Source: Python bivittatus (taxonomy: Eukaryota). Taken from it: a DNA stretch of 17,377 bases. Position 1 is the first letter of the stretch, and the number at the start of each line of letters is the position of its first letter. Location: NCBI RefSeq assembly GCF_000186305.1, contig NW_006536038.1, forward strand, positions 1-17,377, read 5' to 3'. The position numbers and the translations under genes were made by a program. The notes under the pieces are model-generated. The model worked only from the letters and a program-made list of their open reading frames with translations. It was not told the origin of the DNA and searched no databases. Shown here one piece after another: positions 1-9,630 of this stretch.

Positions 1-480
1 CCCTGCCCGGTATAGCTCACGGCTTCACTGAGTTACGCAAGCCCCTTCGCCACGACAAGGCAGTGATCCATGAAGGGGAGAAATCAGGTAGTCCTTGCTT
101 AACGACCATAATAGGGACTGCAAAATTTGTTGTTAAGCGGGGTGGTTGTTAAGCGAGTTGTGCCTGATTTTACGACCTTTTTTTGCAGTGGTCATTAAAT
201 GAATCACCATGGTTGTTAAGCAAATCATGCGGTTTCCCCATTGATTTTGCTTGCTGGAAGCCAGCTGGGAAGGTCACAAATGGGGATCATGTGACCCTGG
301 GACGCTGCAACCGTCGTAAGTGTGAGCTGGTTGCCAAGTGCGCCCAGATTGCAATCACATGACTGTGGGGATGCTGCAATGGTTGTAAGTGCGAGGACCG
401 GTTGTAAGTCCCTTTGTTCAGTACTGTTGTGACTTCAAATGGTCACTAAACAAATGGTTGTTAAGTGAGGACTACCTGTA
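1..480. repeat. Composite interspersed repeat with internal ~45-60 bp sub-repeats (ggttgttaag / gctgcaaccgtcgtaagtg motifs), squamate-type
   Basis: Recurring blocks: ggttgttaagcg (x4-5), ggggatcatgtgaccctgggacgctgcaaccgtcgtaagtgtgag vs caatcacatgactgtggggatgctgcaatggttgtaagtgcgag. Matches a repeat family I recall from lizard genomes (recollection, not searched). Confidence 0.5.
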
Positions 481-816
481 GATGTGAATGGCTTGCTTGA
501 TGTGTTAATGATTACACTTTGTTATGGGGTTGCTTTCATTGGATCACAGAAGGCCGTTTCTGCAATGGGAAGGGCTAAAGATGGTTTCCGTAATGAGCCT
601 TGATAGCTGGTGGCTGTTTCAAGAAGTAGTTGGAACGAAGGCAGAAGTCTCGGGAGGTGATATCTGTGTGTGCTTTACTGTCTGCTGGGAAATTCTAGAT
701 TTTAAAAGAAGTTTCTTACTTTGGGCAGGTTTATGGCTGAATGCGGCAATTCCCGATTCTTAGAGCATGTTGGAAAGGCTGATGAGATTCATGGCTTGCC
801 CAAGCAACGGCGAACA

Positions 817-872
817 ATGACAGCTCAGCGGGGAGCTACGGTTCTGCCCTTCATACCTGCGCCTGAGAGAAG
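817..872 (+). CDS. NWD1: Putative first coding exon with start codon (MTAQRGATVLPFIPAPER + 2 nt)
   Basis: ATG at 817 with A at -3. Open to donor AG|GTGGCT at 873. Ends in phase 2, exactly what the next exon (954) needs to give ...[16 protein letters not shown]. Resulting 81-nt intron has branch-like 'tattgac' and a pyrimidine tract. No other upstream ATG in the window stays open to a donor. Confidence 0.3.
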
Positions 873-953
873 GTGGCTTTAAGGGGAAGTAATGAGAAAG
901 ACCATGATTTTGTCTGGATGGAGAATTGGATATTGACTCCTGTTTTCTGGCAG

Positions 954-1130
954 GTGGCTCTCTGTGAGGATTTTTGTCTCCTCTACTTTCCGGGACATGC
1001 ATGGTGAACGTGACCTGCTTATCCGCTCTGTTTTTCCCGAGCTTCGAGCGCGAGCAGCCCAGTTCTGCTTAGCGATCCAGGAGATTGACTTGCGCTGGGG
1101 GATCACAGAGCACGAGAGCCGGTGGAGCAA
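954..1130 (+). CDS. NWD1: Coding exon: (R)[58 protein letters not shown](K)
   Basis: Acceptor ttttctggcag|g at 951-953. Donor caa|gtatgt at 1131. Overlaps track ORF 964..1197. DUF4062-type motifs (FVSSTxRDM, DLRWGI). Ends phase 2. Confidence 0.8.
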
Positions 1131-1551
1131 GTATGTGGGGTGCTTGTGGGGAGGGAGGGGGTCTGGCTTCCCCTTAAAGTCCTGTTCCTGTTCCTAATGT
1201 TCTGAAGGCTGCTTGAGATGGTACCTGCCAAAAAGCGTTTGCCTGAATAGTTTGTTCTTCCCATCCTTAATTTATTTTCACTTTGAATGACGTACGTTGA
1301 TCTCTTTGTTGAGATTATTTTGTCTGGCTTTGTTATAATCGTTTCATTTGGCTTGCATTATCACTGTCATGACCATTGATTCTTGTATCGCAACTTGGAT
1401 TAATTAATGGTTGTTTTATTTCTATTTGCTCTGTTGTTTTTAACTGCATGTTTTTGTTTTACAAACCTCTGGGGGTCTGTAGAAATAATAATGATAATGA
1501 GACCACCACCCTGGTTCCAGGAGAGGGGATATATTAAAGATTAATATACTG

Positions 1552-1790
1552 ATTACCGTATATACTCACAGATAAGCTGAGAATTTTAGGTGCCAAAATA
1601 CACCTAAAAAATCAGGTTTGGCTTATCCACTGATGGGCTTCTCTGTGAGTATATATGGTAATACTTTTTTAAAGTACCCATATTTCCTGTATATACTGGC
1701 ATATATGGCTATCTGCAGATAAGCCAACCCTCAAATTTTTAACCAAAATACCATGAAAATTGCAGGTCAGCTTGTGGGTTAAAGTTTGAG
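1552..1790. repeat. Hairpin-forming interspersed repeat (attaccgtatatactcacagataagc ... gcttatc...ctctgtgagtatatatggtaat) plus a second diverged copy
   Basis: Arms at 1552-1578 and 1621-1662 are reverse complements. The loop holds a nested ttttaggtg/cacctaaaa palindrome. Related copy cctgtatatactggc...ctgcagataagcc at about 1688-1735. Confidence 0.5.
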
Positions 1791-2285
1791 GGTCAGCTTC
1801 TGCCACCATCCGGTACTGGATATATCTGGACTAATGTCCAGTATGGGCTGCCTGTGGTCTTCTGGATATTGCTAGATCCGTCATTTCTGGCCATCAGCCA
1901 TGCTAGCAGGGACTGATGGGACCCGGAGTCCAGGATACTCCGCAGTTGGTTGACTACTGATCCCTCTTTCTTGGTCTGAGCATTTGACGACAAGTCCTTT
2001 GTGAGAAGTATAGAAGCCGAGCCTGTTTCACCCCCTTGTGTGACGAGAGAGGAGCACCCACTCAAGTGCCCTGTCTATAACTTCTCACCCTGATTTGCTC
2101 TTTCTCCTGGAGCCTCTTTTGAAACTGCCACTGTGTAAATAAAGAAGCGCAACTTCCACCTCTCTGTGATGTGCTGAGAGACCAAAGTCTGTGAAATAGA
2201 TCTCTGTGTACGGCTAGAAAGAGGGTGGGATTGAGGCAAAACTGAGGAGCGAGAAAACAGAGACTTGCCAGGGTTTTCTCTTTAG

Positions 2286-2406
2286 GCAGGTGGAGTTGTG
2301 CCTGTCAGAAGTCTCACAGAGTTTCCTCTTCATCGGAATCCTCGGGGAGCGGTATGGCCACGTCCCGAAAGAGACTTCCTTGCCAGATGAACCGCAATAT
2401 GAATGG
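2286..2406 (+). CDS. NWD1: Coding exon: (K)QVELCLSEVSQSFLFIGILGERYGHVPKETSLPDEPQYEW
   Basis: Acceptor ttttctctttag|g. Donor tgg|gtgaga at 2407. Split codon aa+g=K joins exon 1 in frame. Frame matches ORF 2290..2583. Confidence 0.8.
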
Positions 2407-2817
2407 GTGAGAGACGATGCTGACGTGAGCTTTGTGGTGTTGATGACCCAGAAGATGCTAAATGGAAACATCCATTCCGAAAGGAAAAATGAGCATCAAC
2501 TGGAGCCCTGTGTGTGGAAGAGGCAGCGTTTTAGGGCTTGCCTGTTGGTGGGGGGGGAATCACATCGGCAAAGATTTGCATAATGTGCATTTTATCAGAG
2601 ATCTGGTGGATTCAGTGGCCCCAGCAATTGGTAGGAAAACGCTCTTGGAAAACAACATAAAAGCAGTATTTTGCTGGCCCCAAAGGCTTAATTAGGGTGG
2701 ACAGGAAAGATGATGAAGGGAATCAGGGCTGAACGTCATCGAAGAGAGCGTAATTGGGAAACAGCTGTTGGGATGATTCTCAGAGTAAGAGCTACTGTTT
2801 GAATATTGTTTCTGCAG

Positions 2818-2942
2818 GTGAAAAAGTACCCAGCAGGCCGCTCTATCACTGAGTTGGAGGCTGTTCAGTTCCTGAATGGTAATAATGACCCCACGGCAGG
2901 ATCTAGGGCATTCTTCTATCTCCGAGAGCCAGACTTTCTTGG
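2818..2942 (+). CDS. NWD1: Coding exon: VKKYPAGRSITELEAVQFLNGNNDPTAGSRAFFYLREPDFL(G)
   Basis: Acceptor tattgtttctgcag|g. Donor gg|gtaaat at 2943. Phase 0 in, phase 2 out. The alternative donor gtaata at 2879 was rejected because only the long form keeps exon 4 in an open frame. Confidence 0.6.
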
Positions 2943-3030
2943 GTAAATTGTTTTTATTAATTAGTTTGCAGATCCTATAGACCAGTTTCAACTTACTTAA
3001 ATTAACTTAACTGCTCTAATATTTGTAACT

Positions 3031-3045
3031 AAAAAAAAAAAAAAA
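3031..3045. repeat. poly(A) tract (A15)
   Basis: Direct homopolymer; likely the tail of a retroposed element ending here. Confidence 0.8.
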
Positions 3046-3885
3046 CGGAAATTCTTGCAGAAGGGAGTAGGCTGCCTTGACTGATTTTAAAAATAGCTGA
3101 GCAAGGTAAAACTTGGTTAATACTTGGATGGGAGACCACCAGGTAAGCCTTCATTGGGAAGCGGGAACAAGAGCATCCTGGAAGAAGGATGTGGTCATGC
3201 AGTCAGCAGGAACTGAGCTCAACTTAAGGAGGAGCTGAGAACTGAGATAGGGTTTGTTTATCTGTTTTGTAACTTTATATTTCTTTGGTAAGAAACGATG
3301 GAAAGAAGCAAAATGTTTTGGAAAGCAATTGGATGGGCTTGGATGGCGTACTAAGCTGGTGCGTGGCATTTAATAATAATTAAATTATTATTATTGCAGT
3401 AGCAACGTAGCTTTCAGACCTGTGGGGTGGGGGGGGGCAGCTGACCCAATCAAAGCGCTGGCAGCAAATTTTGTGGCTTCTCATGAGAACACACCTAGTA
3501 AATCTGGCTGTGAAAGAGCCTGAGATTTTGCTGAATGTTGGCCCACATATAGATATTTTCCTTTCCAGGGCTAGGACCGTTCTCTTTCGAATGTTGCGAT
3601 CATCAGAAAAATTCTGTGTTTGATGTGAAATGCTTTTTGGATGACCAAAGCAAAGAGTTGCTAATTGTCAAGCTTCTTGCCTCTTAAAAGTAGGCTGCGC
3701 GTTGGTGACAAAATTCAGATGAATTTCCACTTAAAAGAAATTGCATCCTGCTTCTGGTGGCATAGTTGTGTGACTGATAACCTTGCACTTTGTCTCCAAA
3801 CCTTCCACACCTTCAAATGGTGTTTTTTAATCCCAAAAGCAATTCTCACAGAGAATGGATTGCCTTAATCATAGATTTTGAGTCT

Positions 3886-3912
3886 CTTCCTCCTCCTCCT
3901 CCTCCTCCTCTC
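3886..3912. repeat. (CCT)n microsatellite forming the polypyrimidine tract of the exon 4 acceptor
   Basis: ttcctcctcctcctcctcctcctctctctccag|. Produces the poly-E antisense ORF 3869..4060 in the track. Confidence 0.85.
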
Positions 3913-3919
3913 TCTCCAG

Positions 3920-4036
3920 CTCCGTGCCAGAAGTGTGGAAAAAAGATTTTGCAGCTGAATCAGAAGAAGCTGCCCAGCGCATGGCAGACTTGAAGGAACA
4001 TCTTGGGAAACATGGAAACCTAGCTGCCTTTAGCAA
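3920..4036 (+). CDS. NWD1: Coding exon: (G)SVPEVWKKDFAAESEEAAQRMADLKEHLGKHGNLAAFS(N)
   Basis: Acceptor ...(cct)n ctctctccag|c at 3918-3919. Donor caa|gtaaag at 4037. Only the frame entered in phase 2 is open (the track shows a different frame, 3790..3993). Ends phase 2. Confidence 0.6.
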
Positions 4037-4126
4037 GTAAAGGAACAGATGCTTGGGCATGTATTATGATAGCTGTTGAGTAGGTGGGAGAGCTTAATGT
4101 GTCCTAACCTGAATTTTTTTTTGCAG

Positions 4127-4244
4127 CTACTCCTGTCAGTGGGGTGGACTAGCCCAAGGTCAGCCTTATGTGAAAGGTCTTGAAGATTTTGGCAACAGAG
4201 TCTTGCAGGATGTATGGAAATGCCTCCAGCACCATTTTATAGAG
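4127..4244 (+). CDS. NWD1: Coding exon: (N)YSCQWGGLAQGQPYVKGLEDFGNRVLQDVWKCLQHHFIE
   Basis: Acceptor tttttttttgcag|c. Donor gag|gtacct at 4245. Frame equals ORF 4170..4448. Ends phase 0. Confidence 0.6.
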
Positions 4245-4336
4245 GTACCTGCAGCCCCTTTCAGAGCCCTGCTAGTCAAGCTTCAGGGATGTTTCAAAAC
4301 TTGCCTTGACTTTATTTCTCTCACATCTCAACTTAG

Positions 4337-4528
4337 GGACGTGAATTCAAATTCACAGCAGACTCAGAGGAAGAGGAAGGAAATGTTCTGCAAGAATCTT
4401 TCCAGGAATTGCAGCAGAGGAGATTTTGTGCCCGGGCAAAGCTTTTGAACACCACAGCTGCTCAGCTGCGCGGTGGCAGGCTTTACGTTGTGAGCGGTGA
4501 GCCTGGCCAAGGAAAGACGGTTTTCTTG
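4337..4528 (+). CDS. NWD1: Coding exon with NACHT Walker A: GREFKFTADSEEEEGNVLQESFQELQQRRFCARAKLLNTTAAQLRGGRLYVVSGEPGQGKTVFL
   Basis: Acceptor tttctctcacatctcaacttag|g; the frame opens exactly at the AG. Donor ttg|gtgagc at 4529. P-loop GEPGQGKT sits at about 4496-4519. Phase 0 to 0. Confidence 0.85.
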
Positions 4529-5013
4529 GTGAGCAAAGGGAAGGTTCAAGCAATGGGGGAGGTCTGGAGAAGTTGGGGTGAGATGTGTAAGCTTAGTATA
4601 TGTTCTGGGGTGGCCAAAATGGTACCACCTGTATGCAAGGGGAAATATTAGCAGTTTGGGGTGGGGAGGGAAAGACTCGAATTTGCAGAAGTATTCCCCG
4701 GATCATGAAAAATATAGGACGTTTATTCACGCTAGCTCTGAAGATGCAGGAGAGAGAAAGGATCTTGTGAAAGAGCGCGTGGTTTATTCATCTCTGAGGA
4801 AGATGGACTTTTGCTCCCTTGTATTTTGTCAAAACTGAAGTTGCTGGCCTGAAATGCTACCCAGGAGTGAATTCTTCAATGGGGAGAGAATGGTGGCTGG
4901 GATGGCGTTTGAAGTTGGCCACTTTAGTTCCAGGTTTGAGGGAATTATGGAAGGGTCATCTTGGCTAGGACCCATGGCTGAAGCCTTCTCTCCCTTTCTT
5001 TCCTTCTCCCCAG

Positions 5014-5204
5014 GCAGCGCTTGCAGAGAAGCTCAGGATGATAGTCCCGCAGGAAGGAGAAGGCTCTACTCCCCGTTACCACGTTGTGGCCCATTTCACC
5101 AAGGCGGGACCCAAGCAGGCCGAAGCCCAAGTCGTGTTGGGTCATCTCTTTGCCGTGCTGAGAAAGTTGTTAGAGAACCCTCCGACCCCACCCAGAAGCT
5201 ACAG
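5014..5204 (+). CDS. NWD1: Coding exon: AALAEKLRMIVPQEGEGSTPRYHVVAHFTKAGPKQAEAQVVLGHLFAVLRKLLENPPTPPRSY(R)
   Basis: Acceptor ctttctttccttctccccag|g. Donor ag|gttggc at 5205 (weak). Phase 2 out matches the phase-2 entry of the next exon. Frame equals ORF 5038..5220. Peptide continues naturally from the P-loop (KTVFL-AALAEKL). Confidence 0.75.
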
Positions 5205-5993
5205 GTTGGCACAGGCCTAATTTTGCAGAGCAGGGCTTGAGTGGGCAGATGCCGAAGAAGGACGGAATGAGAAGATTACTTCAGGACTGCCCTCAGCACT
5301 CCAAGTGTGACCCAACTACAAAACATAGAACTCCCAGTCAGTTAGCTAACATTTTGGTGTTTCCAGTATTTGTAGAAGATTTTAGGAAAGGCTGTACTAG
5401 AGAACAAATTGAAACTTTATCAGTGAAGAGGAGGAAGGAGATCACTGTTTTCCCACTTGGGCTCGAGATTACGTATATTTTTTGGGTGGGGAAGGGGGTT
5501 AGAGTCGCAAACCTGCACTTACAGATCTGTGTTCCAGTTGATAACATGTAGGGGCCAAAGTCAAATATTATCCATCCTGTTTTGTGTCTACTGGTTGCCC
5601 ACCTTGTGATTGTTCTCTGTATAAAGCAGCACATGTATTTCCGATCAAAAATCGAGTATGCCTGTGCTGAAGAACAGTTATTAAACTGCTTCGGGGATTG
5701 TCTGTGTGGACATGCTGTTGTTGTGTCACAGGTGGTTGCCAGGAGCACCTAAGTGGTCTAACATCCAGCCCATCCTCTGGTTCTCACCAGTCTTCCCTGT
5801 CTTCTCAAGCGGAAGTGTTTTGGGCTGAATATCTACTTCCAATCACCACTGCTAATGTAAACGTAAATCACGCCTAGGCAATTCTTCATCGTTTTGGCGT
5901 GGCGGGGGTAGTGGATTTGTTTCGTTTCCTATGCAGTGAATATGGAATTATCCTGCTCTTGCAAAAAGGAAAGAGATTTGTTTTTTCTTACAG

Positions 5994-6147
5994 AGGGCTG
6001 GTGGCCCAGTTTGAATGCCTTCTCTACACGGTGGCCAAGTTGCTGAAACGGGGCCAGACTTTGGTGCTTTTGATCGACGATGCTGACTTGATCCATGCCA
6101 CTGGAGGAGAGCTGGTATCTGACTGGCTGCCTGAACAAATGCCCCAG
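5994..6147 (+). CDS. NWD1: Coding exon with Walker B: (R)GLVAQFECLLYTVAKLLKRGQTLVLLIDDADLIHATGGELVSDWLPEQMPQ
   Basis: Acceptor tttgttttttcttacag|a. Donor cag|gtaagg at 6148. hhhhDD Walker B (LVLLIDDAD, about 6061-6087). Frame equals ORF 5899..6180. Confidence 0.85.
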
Positions 6148-6255
6148 GTAAGGTTTAATTGCCCTCCCTATTCTTCCTAGGCCTTGGCACCTTTAGCTGA
6201 CCCACATGTAGACAGTCTGAGTCTAAGCCTTCCTTGGTTCCGTGTCTCTGTGCAG

Positions 6256-6435
6256 CGAGTCAGCCTGGTTCTCAGTGTCTCTGTGGAGTCAGCATTCCTT
6301 GAATCTCTTAAGCGACGGAAGAATGCCATCTTCATTCCCCTTGAGCCTTTGGCCCTTCTGGACAGAGCTGCCATCATCCGCAAAGATTTGGCCCTGTATG
6401 GGAAAAAGTTGGAGGAGTCGGCTTTTAATAACCAG
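6256..6435 (+). CDS. NWD1: Coding exon: RVSLVLSVSVESAFLESLKRRKNAIFIPLEPLALLDRAAIIRKDLALYGKKLEESAFNNQ
   Basis: Acceptor gtgtctctgtgcag|c. Donor cag|gtaaat at 6436. Phase 0 to 0. Frame equals ORF 6184..6459. Confidence 0.85.
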
Positions 6436-7005
6436 GTAAATGGCAAATCTGCAATCTAATCATGGCTACCCTTGAAACGTCTGCACAAGCACAACATCTG
6501 AATAACCATCATACAATTCTTTATTCAGGGCTGCCTCACTTTCTCTTGTGAAGAAGAGTCTTCATGGAATGGAAAAAAACATGCAAGAGTTCTTAGAGTA
6601 GGGTTGAGAGACAGGCAGGGAGGGAGCGTGTTTGCTAAGTACTATTCCGACCGTGAAATCTTAATGCGGTGTAGTCAAGTAGACCCTTGATTTTTTCTCA
6701 GGATGAAGCAAAAGAAGGATGTGCAGTTACTAAGCTCTAGAGTGGAAAGGGGTTGGGACTGGGCATGCCTCTGTTGGTAGCCATGAGGTCCTAGGAAAAT
6801 ATTGGTTTGAGTTAAGACACTGATAGGGAGCAACACTCTCTCACCACCTTGTTAATACCTCCTTTAACTCAAAGGGGTACATTTTCCTAGGAGCATACAG
6901 ATACCAACAAGGGCAGTGAGTGCACCCCCTCTGGAGCTGCAGAGCTGCCTACCCCTAAAGCCAAATAAACAACACAGTGCGAGTTAAACGCTGGGTGTTT
7001 GTGAT

Positions 7006-7405
7006 GGAATGGTTTGGTGAAGGCTGCGCTCGGGGAGATAAGCATTTCTTGCTGTTGATGTTGTAGCAGGGCTGCCACCAACAACTGTGGTGTCAAATTT
7101 GCCCCGTGGGGATCCGTTGCCATGATTCCAATTCCCCCCTCTTGATGGTAGTAGAGTCTGGCAAGATTGATGCCAGGTTCAGCCCAAAGAACTCCACGAG
7201 ACAGTACAGGTCTAGTTCAGTAGCTTTTATTAGCTTTCACCCACAAGACAGAATCTTGCCAGACTGAATCTAAACTTCCCAAGCCAGCAAGCAAACACCA
7301 CGAATTCCTTAGGGTGGTGCCAGTCTCATCCTCTTCACCTTCCCACACTCCTGCTGGGGGCTAAGGAAATGCTTATCTCCCCAAGCGCAGCCTTCAAACC
7401 ATTCC
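7006..7405. mobile_element. Foldback / MITE-like element with ~45-bp terminal inverted repeats and nested inner inverted repeats
   Basis: ggaatggtttggtgaaggctgcgctcggggagataagcatttc (7006-7050) is the reverse complement of gaaatgcttatctccccaagcgcagccttcaaaccattcc (7366-7405). Inner pair tctggcaagattg (7157) / caatcttgccagactg (7253). Accounts for the mirrored ORFs 6887..7123(-) and 7369..7557(+), both 'MLISPSAAF...'. Confidence 0.6.
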
Positions 7406-7891
7406 GTCACAGTGTTCTTCATAATCGATGTCCTGTTCCTTTGGAGGGCAGCGAATCAGCCAGTGCAGATCTGGGATTTGCTAAGAGGTCTTTCTTAAGC
7501 ATTTTTCTTACAGTGGAAAAGAAATGGGTTGGGGCACATGATGCAGAGCCCTCATAATGCAGTGGCCATCATGGAAACCTGGGTTCAAATTTCCATTCAT
7601 CCCTGAAGTTCATTGGGAGATCTTAGGCTAGTTAAATACTCATAGTCATAGTCTTAATTTGGAGGGACTGGGAGAAAGAGTGGGATGCAACTCAACAAGG
7701 GGTGTCTAGTTCCACATCTTGGTGCCTTCCAGATACTATATATGGGCCTGAACTCTTTGTCTTCCCTGGTTTTGCTAGCTGGGATTTATGGGAGTCCTTG
7801 ACACAGGCTTAGGGAGCGGGAGAGGCAGAAGATTGAAGACAGCAATGGAAAGACACGGTGGGTCCTGGGACCCCATCTCTTCTCCCCACAG

Positions 7892-7984
7892 ATGCGGCTA
7901 GTGCTGATGAAACGTGGCTCTCAGCAACCTTTGTACCTGAGCTTGCTAACCCAGGATCTGCGGCTTTTTGCCCTATACGAGAAG
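7892..7984 (+). CDS. NWD1: Coding exon: MRLVLMKRGSQQPLYLSLLTQDLRLFALYEK
   Basis: Acceptor ctcttctccccacag|a. Donor aag|gtgagg at 7985. Phase 0 to 0. Same frame as ORF 7892..8269. Confidence 0.75.
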
Positions 7985-8110
7985 GTGAGGGGTTCCTTAG
8001 AAGAACTGTTAGGGGTAGGGTGGATTGGAGAAACAAGGCTTCTGCAAATCTCTGAACCTCAAGAGGTTTCATCAGTCATTCTTTTTTTCCCCCCACCCTT
8101 CTGGCCTCAG

Positions 8111-8243
8111 CTCTCGGAGCGGATCCAGAAACTTCCTGTCTCTCTTCCGCTGATGATGCAACACTTGTTGGGTTGTTTGGAGCAAGATCATGGGCTAGAG
8201 CTGGTCGCTGTCACTCTGGTGTCTCTCTGGGTCAGCAGAGATG
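8111..8243 (+). CDS. NWD1: Coding exon: LSERIQKLPVSLPLMMQHLLGCLEQDHGLELVAVTLVSLWVSRD(G)
   Basis: Acceptor ttttttccccccacccttctggcctcag|c. Donor atg|gtaagt at 8244. Same frame as ORF 7892..8269. Phase 1 out. Confidence 0.85.
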
Positions 8244-8662
8244 GTAAGTTGCAAGGGAGTGTTAAATGAGAATGTTCAGTGGGACTGTTGGCTCTGGAGA
8301 CCGGGTGCCAATGGCCATAAATAGCCACCAATAGTCCTTTGGTGGGTGGGAAGGAGGGAAGGCCATTGGAGGTGATGTGTTCTTCCAGGCAGTGTTGTGG
8401 AGGTCTTGAACTTGAACTTGACACCCAGAGATCTAGTTTCAAGGCTTCTTGACTGGGGAAGTAACTGGGTGGCTTTGGCCCAACCTCACAGAGTTGTGGG
8501 GAGTTTAAAATTAAGGGAGACCTTCATGTCATCTTCCTTACATTGACAGAAGAAAAGATAGAGCTATATAGATATAATAAAGATGAGGAAGCTTTGATGC
8601 AAAACATCTAGCAGACCCTAGTCTGCTCCATTCAAAGATTATTCTGCCTCTGACCCCTGCAG

Positions 8663-8813
8663 GCCTAATGGAACGAGATCTCTATTCCATCCTTGCTATC
8701 TGGAAGGAATTGAAGGGGGCCAGTCTAACTTTGGAAAAAGCCATTACTGCTGGAAGATACGTTGGCAGCTTTCCCACAGCCCTCTTTTTTGACCTTCTGC
8801 GGAACCTGAGGGG
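8663..8813 (+). CDS. NWD1: Coding exon: (G)LMERDLYSILAIWKELKGASLTLEKAITAGRYVGSFPTALFFDLLRNLR(G)
   Basis: Acceptor ctctgacccctgcag|g. Donor gg|gtgagg at 8814. Entered in phase 1 from exon 11. Not in the ORF track (short), but the reading frame is open only in this phase. Confidence 0.8.
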
Positions 8814-9630
8814 GTGAGGGACTCATTTTTGGGGGGTTCTGGCTGAACAAAGATAATTCTCCCCTATAGAGTGTAAGTTGCTGTGTGTGGTAGATGTGCA
8901 GATGAGGGGTCTGCATGTGAAGTGGGAATTAGATTAGGGATGCTGTCTCTGGGCTGCATAAATATGAACAGCCACCAGATGGCAGAAGAGAGAGATAGAG
9001 AACCCAAACTGCTGCTCCTAAATAACCATCTGGAATTTTGCAACTCAACTTTGGCAGTTCTAGATAGATTGGGCTGATCCTCCGGCCCCGCATCTTGCAT
9101 CTAACATGGCCAGTGTCTCTAGAAGCCACAAGCATAAGCCAGTGTGACTCCCTGGCTTGTTTGTCAGTGGCATTCAGGAAGTGTGCATTGCATGTTGGTC
9201 TACTAGTAGCTTAACGTGGCTTCTTGGACCACTGAGATGATCCTTTCACCTCTGCTTAGCCAGGATAGTTGTCCTGGGAGCTAAGGGTTTTCAACAACTA
9301 CCAAAGGGTTAAAGAAGCTTCTCCTTGGGTGGGTTGGGGGCATCTAATTTTCCACTGACTTCACTGAGTGACTTTGGGCCCAATTCTTGCCTCTCAATCC
9401 GGCGTATGTCTTATAGTTGTGGAGGGGAGACTCTCATGGGTGTCTAGAGGAGCAGCAGCGTACAGATTTAAAAAATAAATTCAAGGCCAACCTGAGGGTG
9501 AGGGCTGAAATTCTCACATAAATTCTTTATTTACTGAGGCTGTTGTTTGATCCTGAATTGTGTGACACTGATTTTTTTTGGAGGGTGGGAAGTAGGAGAC
9601 AAGATCCAACTCTCTGCTCTTTCTCCATAG

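Noticed and set aside
1-480. CRISPR-like reading of the regularly recurring 'ggttgttaag' motif
   Set aside because: Irregular spacing, degenerate copies and eukaryotic context; this is a composite interspersed repeat, not a repeat-spacer array.
964-964. ORF-track start codons (e.g. 'M' at 964, 2290, 4409)
   Set aside because: These are GTG or TTG codons inside exons, reported by a bacterial-style ORF finder. They are not real initiators. The true start is upstream (candidate ATG 817).
3061-3142. Exon-like segment with strong donor cag|gtaagc at 3143 and acceptor ttcttgcag|a at 3060
   Set aside because: All three frames contain stop codons within about 25 nt, so it cannot be a coding exon of this gene. 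It could be a non-coding or cassette exon but has no support from sequence alone.
3869-4060. Minus ORF with poly-glutamate run (EEEEEEEEE)
   Set aside because: Antisense translation of the (CCT)n repeat that serves as the exon 4 polypyrimidine tract.
4854-5240. 128-aa + ORF overlapping exon 7
   Set aside because: It is the wrong frame relative to the conserved NACHT continuation (ORF 5038..5220 frame), and has no splice-phase compatibility with neighbouring exons.
7560-7700. Possible tRNA-derived SINE (…cctgggttcaaatttcc…)
   Set aside because: Only a vague T-loop-like motif. I could not fold a tRNA-like cloverleaf or define boundaries, so it was left unannotated.
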